In this document: one piece after another, positions 19,014 through 30,248 of the stretch
Position numbering within the stretch: position 1 is the stretch's first letter
Layout of the letters: each line of letters begins with the position of its first letter
Source: a plasmid
Sequence record: NZ_CP028351.1
Direction: 5' to 3' (one strand)
Length of the DNA stretch: 64,000 nucleotides
The notes under the pieces: generated by a model
What the model was told of the DNA's origin: nothing
Databases searched by the model: none
What the model saw: only the letters and a program-made list of their open reading frames with translations
Program-made: the position numbers and the translations under genes

Positions 19014-21551
19014 TTACGTCGGATCGCCCGCCCTCTTTTTAAGCTGTGCGGAAAGCCATGGCGCAGTCAGACTCTCTGCGGATGTGCTGACCGCTTCCGG
19101 CGTACCGGACGAGACAATCCTTCCGCCCTTCAGCCCCGAACCGGGCCCCAGATCAATCACCCAGTCCGCCTCTGCCACAATGCGCATTGTGTGTTCCGCC
19201 ATCACGACGGTGTGGCCGCGCGTTACCAGTTCATTCAGCACAATCAGCAGTTTGTCCATGTCGGATGGGTGCAACCCGGTTGACGGTTCATCAAGCAGAT
19301 AGAGCGTGGCTGTGCGCTGGACGCGTTGCAGCTCCCAGGCGAGCTTGATGCGCTGACACTCACCGCCAGAGAGCTCCGTGGCGGGCTGACCCAGCGTCAG
19401 GTATCCCAGCCCCAGAGATCGCAGTGCCGACAGGGAACGCTGGATCCCGTCGTACCCGTCAAACACCCTGGTGGCATCGTCTACGGTAAGATCAAGCACA
19501 TCCGCTATGGTCAGGTCGTTCCACTTCACCTCTAGCGTTTCGGGGTTGTAGCGGCTTCCCGCACAGACCGAGCAGGTTGCGGTGGCGCTGGGCATAAAGA
19601 GCAGCTCTATCGAAATCTGTCCCTGACCCTCGCACGCAGGACAGCGACCCGCGGGCAGATTGAAGGAAAACCGGCTGGCGCTGAAACCTCGGGCTTTCGC
19701 CTCGGGGGTCTCTGCAAACAGCCGGCGGACGATATCGAAAAAGCCGGTATAGGTGGCCAGATTGGAGCGTGGCGTCCGCCCGATAGGGCGCTGATCGATT
19801 CTGACCAGACGGCCAATGGCGTCATTTCCGCTGAGAACCTGACCTTTAACGTCCGGCACCAGGTCCTCTTCTTCACCCTCTTCACTGTCAGATGTTTTGT
19901 CAAAACGTCCGAGCATTTCCGGAAGAACGCGATTCAGCAGCGTCGATTTGCCTGAGCCGGAAACGCCGGTAACCGCCGTCATTCTCGCCAGTGGGATGGC
20001 GATATCCACGCCGATAATATTGTTGCAATGGACCTGCTCAAGCCTGAGCCAGCTCTCCGCGGGCTGGCGCTGGCGCAGCCCGGTATAGCTGCGGGAAAAG
20101 AGATAGCCTGATGTCGGTGAGGCACTGACGTCTTTAAGGCCTGCCGGTTCACCGTTATAAACGATCTCACCACCATGCGTTCCCGGACCGGGGCCGACCT
20201 CGATGAGCCAGTCAGCCTCGGCGATGAGGTCGAGGTTATGTTCGACGACCACCAGCGAGTTACCTGCACGCACAAGATTCCTGAGGGATGCGAGCAGCGC
20301 TTTGACATCCTCAGGATGCAGACCAGCTGAAGGCTCATCCAGCACGTAAAGCACGCCAAACAGCCGCGATATCAGCTGGGTAGCCAGACGTACGCGCTGC
20401 AACTCGCCGGAGGAGAGCAGCGTGGTGCGGCGTCCCGGTGCCAGATGCCCAAGTCCCAGCGTCTCAAGCTGTTCAAGCCGCATGCAGATATCTGACGCCA
20501 TCCGGATGACGGCTTCCCGCAGCGCCGCCTCGGCAGGCAGATCTGATGATGAACCGTCTGCATAAGGCCTCAGCCGTTCAGCAAGTTCAGAAACCGACAG
20601 CTCACTCAGACTGGCAATGTCATAACCGGCAAAGGTCACGGACAGTGCGTTCCGGTTTAACCTTTTGCCATGACACACTGAACAGGGCGTGACCGTGACA
20701 AAGCGCGCCAGCCGTTTTTTCGTCGTCTCGCTGCCACCGGAATAGCTCTGCAATACGATTTTAGCTGCGCTGGTGTAGGTGCCGGTATAAGCGGGCTCTT
20801 CGCCAGCCGCCAGGGCTTTTTCACGCTGTTCAGCGTTCAGACCCATAAAAATCGGCACTGATGGCTGCTCGTCAGTCAGCAGTATCCACTGCTGGTCGCG
20901 GGCTGAAAGCGTATCCCAGGGGGCATCGACATCGTAGCCGAGCGTCTCAAGGATGCTGCGCAGATTTTTGTTATGCCAGCCCCGCGGCCATGAAGCTATG
21001 GCGCCCTGCCGGATGCTCAGTGACCTGTCCGGCACCATCGCCTCGGTTCTGACGGTATGAACCCGTCCCAGCCCCTGGCAATGCGGACAGGCACCTTCAG
21101 GATTGTTAGGCGAGAAATAATCGGCGGTCATAAACGGCACACCGTCAGGCCTTGTGCCCGCACGGGAAAACAGCAGGCGCAGCGTGACGGAAATTCGGGT
21201 CAGGCTGCCTACCGTTGAACGCTCCTGCGCGCCAGCCCGGCTCTGCTGAAGCGCCACCGCAGGCGGGAGTCCGTCAATATTATCCACATCCGGCGCAGCG
21301 GCCTGATCGATCAGGCGACGGGCATGGGGTGAAACCGACTCGATAAACCGGCGCTGGGCTTCTGCATAAAGCGTATCAAAGGCGAGTGAGGATTTCCCGG
21401 AGCCTGAAACCCCCGTGAACACCACCATGGCATTACGGGGAAACCGCAGCGATACATCTTTGAGGTTATGTGTTCTTGCACCCTGTACCGAGACATAAGG
21501 ATCAATGTGCTCATCAGCGCGATAAGTATGGGCGTTATCTTGTTCTGTCAT
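19014..21551 (-). CDS. UvrA-like ABC ATPase (class II UvrA paralog, 845 aa)
   Basis: Two ABC cassettes are present, with Walker A motifs [10 protein letters not shown] and [10 protein letters not shown]. Zinc-finger Cys pairs are CPHCQG...CSVCHG and CPACEG...CSVCAG. The protein is about 100 aa shorter than canonical UvrA, which is consistent with the absence of the UvrB-binding domain. Confidence 0.85.
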   Translation of the reverse strand: MTEQDNAHTYRADEHIDPYVSVQGARTHNLKDVSLRFPRNAMVVFTGVSGSGKSSLAFDTLYAEAQRRFIESVSPHARRLIDQAAAPDVDNIDGLPPAVALQQSRAGAQERSTVGSLTRISVTLRLLFSRAGTRPDGVPFMTADYFSPNNPEGACPHCQGLGRVHTVRTEAMVPDRSLSIRQGAIASWPRGWHNKNLRSILETLGYDVDAPWDTLSARDQQWILLTDEQPSVPIFMGLNAEQREKALAAGEEPAYTGTYTSAAKIVLQSYSGGSETTKKRLARFVTVTPCSVCHGKRLNRNALSVTFAGYDIASLSELSVSELAERLRPYADGSSSDLPAEAALREAVIRMASDICMRLEQLETLGLGHLAPGRRTTLLSSGELQRVRLATQLISRLFGVLYVLDEPSAGLHPEDVKALLASLRNLVRAGNSLVVVEHNLDLIAEADWLIEVGPGPGTHGGEIVYNGEPAGLKDVSASPTSGYLFSRSYTGLRQRQPAESWLRLEQVHCNNIIGVDIAIPLARMTAVTGVSGSGKSTLLNRVLPEMLGRFDKTSDSEEGEEEDLVPDVKGQVLSGNDAIGRLVRIDQRPIGRTPRSNLATYTGFFDIVRRLFAETPEAKARGFSASRFSFNLPAGRCPACEGQGQISIELLFMPSATATCSVCAGSRYNPETLEVKWNDLTIADVLDLTVDDATRVFDGYDGIQRSLSALRSLGLGYLTLGQPATELSGGECQRIKLAWELQRVQRTATLYLLDEPSTGLHPSDMDKLLIVLNELVTRGHTVVMAEHTMRIVAEADWVIDLGPGSGLKGGRIVSSGTPEAVSTSAESLTAPWLSAQLKKRAGDPT

Positions 21552-21740
21552 GATGTCCCTGTTTGATGATGCAAGGCAGATTAACGATCAGCTGCCGTTA
21601 ATGACTGAAAATTGCAGAGGCTGACCCGGCTTTCGGGCTATCCGGCCCATTACGGGACAGAAACACCAGCAAGGGTAGTCAGGGATTTTAGTCTGCACAA
21701 CGCGGGGGCAGCTGATTCAGGACAGTAAAAAGAACAGCAC

Positions 21741-21767
21741 ATAAAAAAGCCCACACAAGGTGGGCTT
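21741..21767 (-). terminator. Rho-independent terminator after the HigA-like gene
   Basis: Stem AAGCCCAC/GTGGGCTT; the minus-strand RNA is followed by UUUUUUAU. Confidence 0.5.
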
Positions 21768-21770
21768 TAG

Positions 21771-22163
21771 TTACCGGGCGCTTATCCTTTCGGATTGAGC
21801 TGCACCTACGAGTGATGCGAGCGGAATATTGAACATTTTATGCAGGTTCCGGATCATGGGCAGCGTCAGCGCACGCTTATGATTCAGTACCTCATAGACG
21901 CGGTTCGGGCGTCCAATTGCCGGCACCAGGTCTTTCGCTGTCAGCCCCATTTGTTCCATGCGGAATTTAATCGCCTCCACCGGATCAGGAGCCTCAATCG
22001 GATAATGTTCCTGTTCATATTTTTCAATAAGCAGGATCATGACTTCCAGAAAGTCACCGACTTCACTTCCCGGTTCTGGCTGATTGTCGACCAGGGGAGA
22101 TACGGCGGCCAGAGCGGCTTCATAATCTGCTTCACTGTGAATCGGTTTGATCTTATAAGTCAT
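21771..22163 (-). CDS. HigA-family antitoxin-like HTH protein (N-terminal extension plus C-terminal Xre HTH)
   Basis: The protein shows the architecture of the E. coli K-12 HigA (YgjM) family. The C-terminal motif is AIGRPNRVYEVLNHKRALTLPMIRNLHKMFNIP. Confidence 0.7.
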   Translation of the reverse strand: MTYKIKPIHSEADYEAALAAVSPLVDNQPEPGSEVGDFLEVMILLIEKYEQEHYPIEAPDPVEAIKFRMEQMGLTAKDLVPAIGRPNRVYEVLNHKRALTLPMIRNLHKMFNIPLASLVGAAQSERISAR

Positions 22164-22401
22164 CACATTTCCATCGTATTTGCATTTACCCTGTCGTACG
22201 TCGTTTTATCTCAAGATGATGGCTATGTCATTGCGCGCTCAGCAGAAACAAAGCACATGAGCATAAAAATGGCGTACATGTGTTCAGATCCAGTCATGAA
22301 CGTTACGCTGGCAGGTCGGCACAGATAAGTGCCATTCCGGGCGAAAAAAACTGAAAGGCGATCCCGCGCCGCAGATTTCATTCAAAACGTGCTCTGCACG
22401 C

Positions 22402-22433
22402 AAAAAAAAAACCCGTCAGCGACGGGTTTTTTC
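22402..22433. terminator. Bidirectional rho-independent terminator (A-tract, hairpin, T-tract)
   Basis: AAAAAAAAAACCCGTCAGCGACGGGTTTTTTC. It lies 25 nt downstream of the ysnF-like stop on the minus strand. Confidence 0.6.
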
Positions 22434-22457
22434 AGGCCTGAAAGATGAAAGTCAGCG

Positions 22458-23924
22458 TTACGGCTTTTTAAACTTGTCTTCGACCTTATCTTTTGCTTCA
22501 GCAATTTTATCCCCGGCTTTTTCCACGAAACCCTCTTTATGGGCGGGTTCGCTGCCTGGCGTTACCGGACGGCTGTCGTGGTCAGCGCGCGCCTGACGCG
22601 TGCTTTCCAGCAGCGGATCGGTCGCGGCAGGATTACCGGTCACCGGATCTGCATTGAGATGGTCGGCACGAGCATGATCAATATCCACTTCCTGACGACG
22701 CACCGAGTCATTGATGGTTTCGACCCGATCGCTTGCCTCTTTACGCAGCACCACTTCTTCGATGATCTGCGCAGTCTTATTGACGACCGGCTGCTCATGC
22801 GTCTCTTCCACTTCAATCGTTTTCTCGGACCAGTCAACCTGGTCCGGTGAGCCCGTTTCGCTCACCGGACGACGGAATATTTCCGCATGTTGCTCATGCA
22901 GAGAGACGTTTTCAGACACCCGATCCGTAACAGTGTAGCGGCGCACGCGGGTTGATCCTTCGCTGACCAGTCGTTTACCTACTTCCAGTCGCTCTTCGGC
23001 CAGACGCAGCACATCCTCGTCACTCTCATCACCGGTCAGGGCAGTACGCGCCGCGCCGCGATGGGCAGAATCGGTTTGCAGCGGATCGATGGCACCGTTT
23101 TCCTGAAGCGTACCGCTGGCGGGCGCAGTCAGACCATCATCGGGCGCATAGTCATCAGGCAGCGCGGCACTGCGTTCAGTCAGCTCTTCATGTGCATCCA
23201 GAATACCCAGTGCGCGCGGCAACTCATCCTCATCGGCCCGCAGCGACAGCACCACACCGCCGGTACGCATCGCATCTTCATAGACTTCGGCCTGATCCTC
23301 TTCCAGCGTGTTGCCAAACAGGCGCTGCCAGAATCCCGGATGACGGGCTTCATGACCTTCAGTACGCAGCCGTTCACCGGAGATGATATCAATGTCATCA
23401 TCCAGGAACCCGACCTTAATCAGGTTACGCTTTGCACCTTCTGCCAGTGAGATATTGCTGAACATTGTTACGATTGTTTCACGCGCCATGTTGTGTTCCT
23501 CGGTGATGGATTCGGACGGCTCTGAATAGGGTATTCGGGTCAGATGAGCCTGCTGTCGGCGCAGGGAGACAATCTGTTCTGTCTCCACCTCGCTGACGAC
23601 TGTGCGAATGTGCCACTCCTCTTTCAGCACCAGATGACGGACGATCTCGACCTCTTCTTCGACAATCGGAATAATCAGGACGCCATTTTCTTCACGAATC
23701 GCCGGCATCTCAGTTAGCCGCTCCGATTTAGGAATGCGTTGAATATCCGCCGTCTGCTGCCGGAGCATCAGCGCAATTTGCTGCTGATGTTCAGTGACCT
23801 GGCGGGTAACCCTGACATGACCGTCGATGACCCGCTGTTTCGAGACCTCAACGGTTTCCTCCGCCAGACTTAAGACCTGTTCGCTACCCTCTGACCCTGG
23901 TTTTTCAGGAGGTTGATTGTTCAT
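22458..23924 (-). CDS. YsnF/AvaK (DUF2382) domain general-stress protein
   Basis: Two copies of the EE(T/R)(V/L)EV.K..V..G..RV.R.V.......V.L..E (DUF2382) motif. The protein is acidic and low-complexity, and ends with a KDKVEDKFKKP tail. Confidence 0.65.
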   Translation of the reverse strand: MNNQPPEKPGSEGSEQVLSLAEETVEVSKQRVIDGHVRVTRQVTEHQQQIALMLRQQTADIQRIPKSERLTEMPAIREENGVLIIPIVEEEVEIVRHLVLKEEWHIRTVVSEVETEQIVSLRRQQAHLTRIPYSEPSESITEEHNMARETIVTMFSNISLAEGAKRNLIKVGFLDDDIDIISGERLRTEGHEARHPGFWQRLFGNTLEEDQAEVYEDAMRTGGVVLSLRADEDELPRALGILDAHEELTERSAALPDDYAPDDGLTAPASGTLQENGAIDPLQTDSAHRGAARTALTGDESDEDVLRLAEERLEVGKRLVSEGSTRVRRYTVTDRVSENVSLHEQHAEIFRRPVSETGSPDQVDWSEKTIEVEETHEQPVVNKTAQIIEEVVLRKEASDRVETINDSVRRQEVDIDHARADHLNADPVTGNPAATDPLLESTRQARADHDSRPVTPGSEPAHKEGFVEKAGDKIAEAKDKVEDKFKKP

Positions 23925-24200
23925 GGTTAACCTGCCTGTGATACAGAGCGATCATTTGTACTTTCCCTGGCCTTGAGCATAAGTGACTGCTTTTGGGTTA
24001 GTTAAAGCCTGGCACAAAGAATGATAATGGAAAGAAAAAAGCAGAAATATGCCGCGATGTGAAGATAACTTGGCGCTAAAATCGGATAAGCGATGCGGCA
24101 GATAAAAAGAGGATCAAAGGGTGAATAGCAGTGAAATCTCTGTTTTCAGATGAGTCAAAGAGAAGGGATCGGGCAGTGAGCTCGCCTGACGTGCCTAATG

Positions 24201-24770
24201 TCACGGGTTGATCCATCCGCTTTCCTGCCGTTCCCCATGGGCAGAATAGTAAAACAGTGCGCGCTGATTATCATTGCGCTGAAGCTGATACGCATCCAGC
24301 ATGCTGACCTGCACAATCACCACGCCAAAACGCGATTCGCCCGTTTCTGCTGTCGACGCGTCCGGTAGCTCATGAGCGGGAGCCTGCGCTTCTCCCGGCG
24401 GCCCGCCGATGTACGTCTGGCGCGTGTGCTGGGGTAACGTGCGCCAGGCGTCATGGGCAACAGCACTTCCCGCTGCATAACATTCAGCCTGTCCCACCAG
24501 CCGGAGCTGCAGGCGACGCTCATGGCAATATCCCAGCACGGTAACCTGGGGGTTCGCTGCCATCTCCAGCCACTTCGGACTACGCACATCGGTATGAAAG
24601 GTCAGCATCCGGCGAACGTCATGGCACTCGCGCAGGACCACCGTGCGTGCCTGAGGCTGTTGTGCAGCATCCGCGGTAGCGAGTGTCAGATAACGAAATC
24701 CGGCCTGCGGATCGGCGGCAGCCTCTGCCAGTGCTGCCCAGCTGGCTGTTTCAAAGCTTTTCAGATCCAT
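24201..24770 (-). CDS. Pyridoxamine 5'-phosphate oxidase-like FMN-binding split-barrel protein
   Basis: A split-barrel pattern (FRYLTLATADAAQQPQARTVVLREC...LTFHTDVRSPKWLEMAANPQVTVL) with a length of about 190 aa. Confidence 0.65.
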   Translation of the reverse strand: MDLKSFETASWAALAEAAADPQAGFRYLTLATADAAQQPQARTVVLRECHDVRRMLTFHTDVRSPKWLEMAANPQVTVLGYCHERRLQLRLVGQAECYAAGSAVAHDAWRTLPQHTRQTYIGGPPGEAQAPAHELPDASTAETGESRFGVVIVQVSMLDAYQLQRNDNQRALFYYSAHGERQESGWINP

Positions 24771-25024
24771 TGGAAATTACTCTCATCAGGGACAATGTCA
24801 GCCATCTGGCTAAAAGCGTAGCAATGATGTGAGCAGATGGCCTGTCCGCTCTGCTCTGGCAGGAAAATATGACCCGCGACTCGCCGCGCAATACCGCGGA
24901 AGAGTAAGACAGCCGCGTGATTGCGGAACGCCTCGCAAAGTCGCGAACGCGCGTCCCGCCAGTCTGCCGCTCTGTGCTATTTTTGCGCCATCACCTTACC
25001 GTTTTGTCCGCAGGGAATGGCACT

Positions 25025-25609
25025 ATGTCTGATGAGAAACCCGCTGAAGTCCGGCCAGAAGTGCCCGTTAAAGTCACCTCGCCGCGCCTGACCTATCGGC
25101 CACTGAGTCAGGAAGACTGGCCTTTTTATCTTGCGGTCAGTCAGGACAGATCGGTGATGAATTACATCAGCGATCCGCGCAGCGCTGAAGAGATCCGAAC
25201 CCGGTCATTCGACGTGCGCCTGCCAGCCTGGTACAAAGGCTGCACACACTGGCTGTGCCTGGTCATTGAGGAAAAAGCGACGGGTCTTCCGGCTGGCTTC
25301 TGCGGGTTTATCGATCGCGGAGAGGGCATTGCGGAATTTGGTTTTATTCTGGCTGCCCACGCACAGAGCAAAGGCTACGGCAGCGAGTCGCTGCATGCCA
25401 CTATCGCCATCTGCTTTGAGCAACAGGGTTACCGCAAAATGACCGCAACGGTGACGGCAGGCAATGTCGCCTCGCGCCGCACGCTGATCTCCGCGGGCTT
25501 TATTCAGGAAGGCACTCTGCGGCAGAATTTCTTCCTCGATGGCCAGTGGCAGGATGACTGGATTTTCGGATTGCTGAAACAGGATTACCGACCCGGACAG
25601 CTAGACTGA
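25025..25609 (+). CDS. GNAT-family N-acetyltransferase (RimJ/RimL-like)
   Basis: The start is chosen at MSDEKPAE. GNAT motif A and B region: GFILAAHAQSKGYGSESL...AGNVASRRTLISAGF. Confidence 0.75.
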   Translation: MSDEKPAEVRPEVPVKVTSPRLTYRPLSQEDWPFYLAVSQDRSVMNYISDPRSAEEIRTRSFDVRLPAWYKGCTHWLCLVIEEKATGLPAGFCGFIDRGEGIAEFGFILAAHAQSKGYGSESLHATIAICFEQQGYRKMTATVTAGNVASRRTLISAGFIQEGTLRQNFFLDGQWQDDWIFGLLKQDYRPGQLD

Positions 25610-25654
25610 CGGGCGTCGATAGCCCCCTCTCTTCGGCTGTCAGGGTCAGAATGT

Positions 25655-27784
25655 TCAGGGGGATGTGACATCGTAACCGCTGGCAACAGCGGGCACAGAA
25701 TGCTCCTCGCCGTACAGCATCGCTTCAAAGTCCGCCGGTGTCAGTGGCCGGCACAGGCCATTGCCCTGCATAATGTGACATCCGGCTGACGTGACAAAGG
25801 CGATCTGCTCTTTGTCTTCAACCCCTTCAGCAGCCACCCGAATACCCAGACTTTTGCCGAGTGCGGTGATAGATCGGAACATCATTCGCACCCGCATGCT
25901 GGAGTTCAGCTCGTGCGTCAGCGACTTGTCGATTTTGAAACCTGCCACAAAGCTGTGGCGCAGCAGATTAATGGCCCCCAGCGTGCGTCCGTAATGATCG
26001 ATGACAAATGAGGCACCGGTCCGGCGCACCGCTTCAACCTGAACCGGCATATCCTGCACCAGCACAGCCAGCAGAGGCTCATCCACTTCCAGCTCAACAA
26101 AACCCGCATCGCCGCCGGCACTCTCGCGTATAACGTTTTCCAGGCTGTTCCCTGTCAGCTGACGCGGAAACAGATTGATGCTGACACGAAGCTCAGGCGA
26201 TCGCACCTGCCACTGCCGGACCTGTGCCAGAGCACTGCGGATAATCCATTCCCCCAGCGTTACGGAAAGCGGGCTTTTAACCAGCATGCTGATGAAGTCG
26301 GCAGGCAACAGCAATCCGCGTGTCGGATGCTGCCAGCGTACCAGCGTCTCGCAGCCAGCCAGTTTTCCGCTTTCCACGTCGAAGCGGGGCTGATAGTAAA
26401 GTGTGAACTGCTGCTGCCGCACCGCCGTTTCCAGTTCGCGTTCAAAACGGCGGCGCTGCTGCTCCGCTTCACGAAACGCAGGCATAAACAGGATACTGCA
26501 GCCTTTGCCTGAGGCTTTGGCACGGTAGAGTGCCAGATCAGCAGCGGACATCACCGCAGAGGGATCGCGACCGTGCTCCGGGTAGGAAGCGATGCCGGTA
26601 CTGGCACCAACCACAACCGGCGAGTCGTGGTAGCGGAACGGCGTCTGTACGGCTGCAATCAGTTTTTCCGCCGTAATCGCTGCCTCAGCGCTGCCGCCCG
26701 CCAGCAGGATCACAAATTCATCACCGCCCAGCCGCGCAGCAGTCACGGCACCGGCACACACTGCACGAATCTGCTCGGCCACGTGACACAGCAGCGCATC
26801 GCCAGCTGCATGTCCCAGCGTATCGTTCACCTCTTTAAAACCATCGAGATCGGTCATCAGTAACGTATAGGGAACACCCGCTTTGGTCAGCTGCCCCACC
26901 TGATGCATGAACGCGCTACGGCTGGCGAGTCGTGTCAGCATATCCAGAGAAGCCAGCTCACAGAGCCGCGCCTCACTTTCATAGCGGGCTGTAACGTCGC
27001 GGATGATCATGCCCACCAGCCGCTCGCCCTCTTCACGCCAGCCCGAAAATGAGACTTCTGCCGGGAATTCACGGCCGTCACGCGTGACGCCCCATATCTG
27101 CAACGAACGAGGATGAGAGATAGCTGCTTCGTCTGAGGTAATCCGGGCCAGCTCGTTACGGTAGTCAGTCTGGCAGCGCGCCGGGATCAGCTCGCTGACA
27201 TACTGACCTCTCATCTCCTCTGCGCTGTAGCCGAAGAGAGCAGTGGCGGCCGGATTCCAGAAGGTGATGCCGCGCCGCAGGTCGGTACAGACAATGGCGT
27301 CGGGTGAGGTGGATGAGATTGCCTGAAGACGCTGCTGACTGGTGTAGCGCAGTAACTCCAGACGATGCATCTCCATGCGATCCATCACCAGCGCGGCAAT
27401 ATCGGTCAGATGCGTCCGATCCTCTGCAGTCAGCGGCTCGCGCGGATGACTGTCGGTCAGGCAGACGGTGCCAATGTGATGACCATCCGGCGTCGAGAGC
27501 GGGATCCCGGCATAAAAGCGGATAAAGGGGTAGCCATGAACCAGCGGACTGTCGCGGAAGCGGGGATCTTTCAGCGTATCGGGCACACACAGGATATCGC
27601 CCTGCGCCAGCGTATGGTGGCAGAAGGCGACGTTGCGCGACGTACCGGAAATGTTCAGACCGTAACGGGAAGCGAAAAACTGTCGCTTCTCATCGATTAG
27701 CGATACAAAAGCCACCGGTACGCGGAACAGTCGCGCAGCAAGCGTGGTAAGGCGATCCAGCGCATCGGTCGGCGGTGAATCCAT
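25655..27784 (-). CDS. GAF-PAS-GGDEF-EAL c-di-GMP turnover protein
   Basis: N-terminal GAF domain, then a PAS domain (IVCTDLRRGITFWNPAAT). The GGDEF domain has an intact RLGGDEF site. The EAL domain has ETLVRW...DDFGTGYS-like motifs. Confidence 0.85.
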   Translation of the reverse strand: MDSPPTDALDRLTTLAARLFRVPVAFVSLIDEKRQFFASRYGLNISGTSRNVAFCHHTLAQGDILCVPDTLKDPRFRDSPLVHGYPFIRFYAGIPLSTPDGHHIGTVCLTDSHPREPLTAEDRTHLTDIAALVMDRMEMHRLELLRYTSQQRLQAISSTSPDAIVCTDLRRGITFWNPAATALFGYSAEEMRGQYVSELIPARCQTDYRNELARITSDEAAISHPRSLQIWGVTRDGREFPAEVSFSGWREEGERLVGMIIRDVTARYESEARLCELASLDMLTRLASRSAFMHQVGQLTKAGVPYTLLMTDLDGFKEVNDTLGHAAGDALLCHVAEQIRAVCAGAVTAARLGGDEFVILLAGGSAEAAITAEKLIAAVQTPFRYHDSPVVVGASTGIASYPEHGRDPSAVMSAADLALYRAKASGKGCSILFMPAFREAEQQRRRFERELETAVRQQQFTLYYQPRFDVESGKLAGCETLVRWQHPTRGLLLPADFISMLVKSPLSVTLGEWIIRSALAQVRQWQVRSPELRVSINLFPRQLTGNSLENVIRESAGGDAGFVELEVDEPLLAVLVQDMPVQVEAVRRTGASFVIDHYGRTLGAINLLRHSFVAGFKIDKSLTHELNSSMRVRMMFRSITALGKSLGIRVAAEGVEDKEQIAFVTSAGCHIMQGNGLCRPLTPADFEAMLYGEEHSVPAVASGYDVTSP

Positions 27785-28210
27785 CAGATGATACTGCTTA
27801 AGTGCATCAAGGCGAGCCGCCTCGGCATCATGATAAACTGGGCGTTTCAGCGTAAATCCCCTCTGATGTTATCTGCTGTGGCCGGCATGACGCAGCATGA
27901 AGAGGACACGTTCAATCAGACAGGACGCGCAGAACTGGCTGCCGACCCGCTACCGGAAGAAAGGCCCGTCAGTGAACTCTGCAACAATAACCAGCTGCAA
28001 CGAGTCCGATAATACCGGCATCGCAGACAGCGGGATGCCGGTTAATACGTTATGCCGGGCAGTGCGGTCGTGACGGTTCGGCGGTTAATAGCGGACCATG
28101 CCAGGACAATCCTGCCAGAGCAGATAAGATGCGCGAATTAATGCGCTTCGCTTAGCTCTTTATATCGGCCTGAAATACGTTAACTTCAGGGGAAAAAGCG
28201 GCAGAACGCC

Positions 28211-28450
28211 TTACTTTTTAAGCTTTGGAACCAGTTCGTAGTGCGGATGCTCTCCCGCCAGCAGCATCAGCAGTTCATATTCTCCCTGGCTGAGCAGCGC
28301 AGGGTTTTTGGATGCTTCTTTGGTCTGCCAGACGCGCTGGCTAAGGTCGAAACGTTCGGCTGCAATCTCCTGCGAAAGACCCGCCGCAAGGCGCAGCTCA
28401 CGTACGTTATGCTGGACGGCAACCGGCCGCTGTAAAATCTGATTTCCCAT
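28211..28450 (-). CDS. Small (79 aa) Xre-like HTH protein, paralog of 58400..58639
   Basis: NVRELRLAAGLSQEIAAERFDLSQRVWQTKEA...LLSQGEYELLMLLAG. It is about 80% identical to the second copy in this window. The ATG at 28450 is chosen. Confidence 0.6.
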   Translation of the reverse strand: MGNQILQRPVAVQHNVRELRLAAGLSQEIAAERFDLSQRVWQTKEASKNPALLSQGEYELLMLLAGEHPHYELVPKLKK

Positions 28451-28789
28451 ATGAAACGCTCCGCATACGGTGCCCCGGTGAGATGGCCGGACAATCGAAT
28501 CCGCTGTGGCCAACACATAAATTTGAGTTAAGTTTTAAATGCGCAGCGATCCGTAATCGTCAGGAAAGCGTAAAGCTCAGGTAAAACCACAGAGATTAAC
28601 TGTAATTATATTTAATTCGTGAACCGGATAATTATTGCACCGCTGAGAATAACCCTCGCCCTTCTGAATAGTGATTATGATCAGGTAATGATTAACATTC
28701 ATCACTGTCTGAAAAAGATGACTTTTTTCATCCAGAAATAAAAGAGAGTGAATATTAACCATTATTTTACTTTACAGATCTGTTATCTG

Positions 28790-28828
28790 CAGATGAATAA
28801 AATAGCCGGTCAGGCTATGCCTGACCGG
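28790..28828 (-). terminator. Rho-independent terminator after the MCP gene
   Basis: 9-bp stem CCGGTCAGG/CCTGACCGG. The minus-strand RNA is followed by CUAUUUUAUUC. Confidence 0.55.
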
Positions 28829-28865
28829 AACCCACACGGCCACGTGTGTCTAATCCATGCAAATG

Positions 28866-30248
28866 TCAGTTCACTATCCCGACAACCTGCGGTGGCAGGG
28901 TGAAGCGGGTAATAACGCTGCCCAGCGTTTCAGTCTGTCCGCTAAGGCTGCCTGCCGTTGCCGAAACCTGCTGGACCAGCGTCGCGTTCTGCTGCGTAAC
29001 GCGGTCAAGTTCAGCCACCGCCACGGTGACCTGGGCAATCCCTTTGCTCTGCTCATCCGAGGCCAGCGCAATCTGTCCAATCAGCTCATTGACGCCGCCG
29101 ACACCGCGCAGCACGGCTTCCATAGTCGTTCCGGCACTCTCTGCCGCCCGCCGGCCATCATCCACGCGTGCCACGGTATCGGCTATCAGCTCTTCGATCT
29201 CTCTGGAGGCCGCAGCACTTCGCTGGGCCAGTGAACGTACCTCACTGGCAACCACCGCGAAACCGCGGCCCTGCTCGCCCGCACGCGCGGCTTCTACGGC
29301 GGCGTTGAGCGCCAGAATATTGGTCTGAAATGCGATGCCATTGATGGTGGCGGTGAACTGCCGGATTTTCTCTGATCCCTGCGCGATGCTGGTGATGGCT
29401 GCCGACACCCGCTGAACCAGCTCCACGCCCTGATGGGTCGTATTCGTGGTGCTGGCGGCCAGTTCACGCGCTTCACGGGCATTCTGTGCATTATGACGCA
29501 CGGTAACCGTGATCTCTTCCATGCTGGCGGCGGTCTGCTCCAGCGCAGCGGCCTGAGTGGAGGTCCGGTCAGAGAGATCGGCGTTACCTGCTGCGATGTC
29601 GCCAGCCTCACGATGAAGAATGGCTGCGTTGTCGTGAATAGCGCTAACCGTCTGCAACAGACTGTGCTGCATCTCTTTAACCAGCGGCACCAGCTGCCCG
29701 ACGCAGTTGCGACCCAGATCTTCCGGCTCGCGCGTCAGGTCACCTCCGGCAATAATTTTTAAATGCCCGCGGATTTTACCCACCGGACGCACCAGATGGA
29801 CGACCAGATAGCGGTCGCAAAACAGCAGCAACGCGAAGGCTGCCAGCAGTGCCGCCAGCAGTATGCGCTCGAGCTGACGCCGGTCGGCGTTAAGAACGGC
29901 CTGATTTTGCGCCAGCTGCTGCGTCACGCTATCCAGCTTCGCACGGGTAACCGTTGCATACTCTGAGGGTGAGGTCGTAAGTGCTGCGCGAAAGCTATCC
30001 CAGTCAGCACTGGCCGGGGTTAAGGCGACCAGGGCGTTTTTGTCTGCGTCTGTTCCACCCTGCATAACAAGAGCGCTGTGCGTAAGAAAACTCAGTTGCT
30101 GCGTCAGAACAGCTGAGCGATCGGTCTGACGATAAATATCCCGCACAATCTGACTGCTGTAGCCACCTGCCAGCGCGACCACGCCCAGTGAGACGATCAT
30201 TATCCACAGCACAACGCGGCGAATAGTGAAATGCCTGAGTGAGTTCAT
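28866..30248 (-). CDS. Methyl-accepting chemotaxis protein
   Basis: The N-terminal TM helix is followed by a periplasmic sensor domain of about 150 aa. The second TM is [19 protein letters not shown] domain follows, then the conserved MCP signalling hairpin ([19 protein letters not shown]...[16 protein letters not shown]). The start is chosen at MNSLRHFT. Confidence 0.85.
   Translation of the reverse strand: MNSLRHFTIRRVVLWIMIVSLGVVALAGGYSSQIVRDIYRQTDRSAVLTQQLSFLTHSALVMQGGTDADKNALVALTPASADWDSFRAALTTSPSEYATVTRAKLDSVTQQLAQNQAVLNADRRQLERILLAALLAAFALLLFCDRYLVVHLVRPVGKIRGHLKIIAGGDLTREPEDLGRNCVGQLVPLVKEMQHSLLQTVSAIHDNAAILHREAGDIAAGNADLSDRTSTQAAALEQTAASMEEITVTVRHNAQNAREARELAASTTNTTHQGVELVQRVSAAITSIAQGSEKIRQFTATINGIAFQTNILALNAAVEAARAGEQGRGFAVVASEVRSLAQRSAAASREIEELIADTVARVDDGRRAAESAGTTMEAVLRGVGGVNELIGQIALASDEQSKGIAQVTVAVAELDRVTQQNATLVQQVSATAGSLSGQTETLGSVITRFTLPPQVVGIVN

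Noticed and set aside
18888-19283. 131-aa plus-strand ORF after yefM
   Set aside because: It mostly overlaps the 3' end of the UvrA-like gene antisense. It shows no toxin similarity. The YoeB-like remnant is in a different frame.
27785-28210. Hairpin CCGGCATC/GATGCCGG at about 28014..28045 as a terminator
   Set aside because: The loop is 11 nt and there is no clear U-tract on either strand. It may be a regulatory structure, but this is not supportable from sequence alone.
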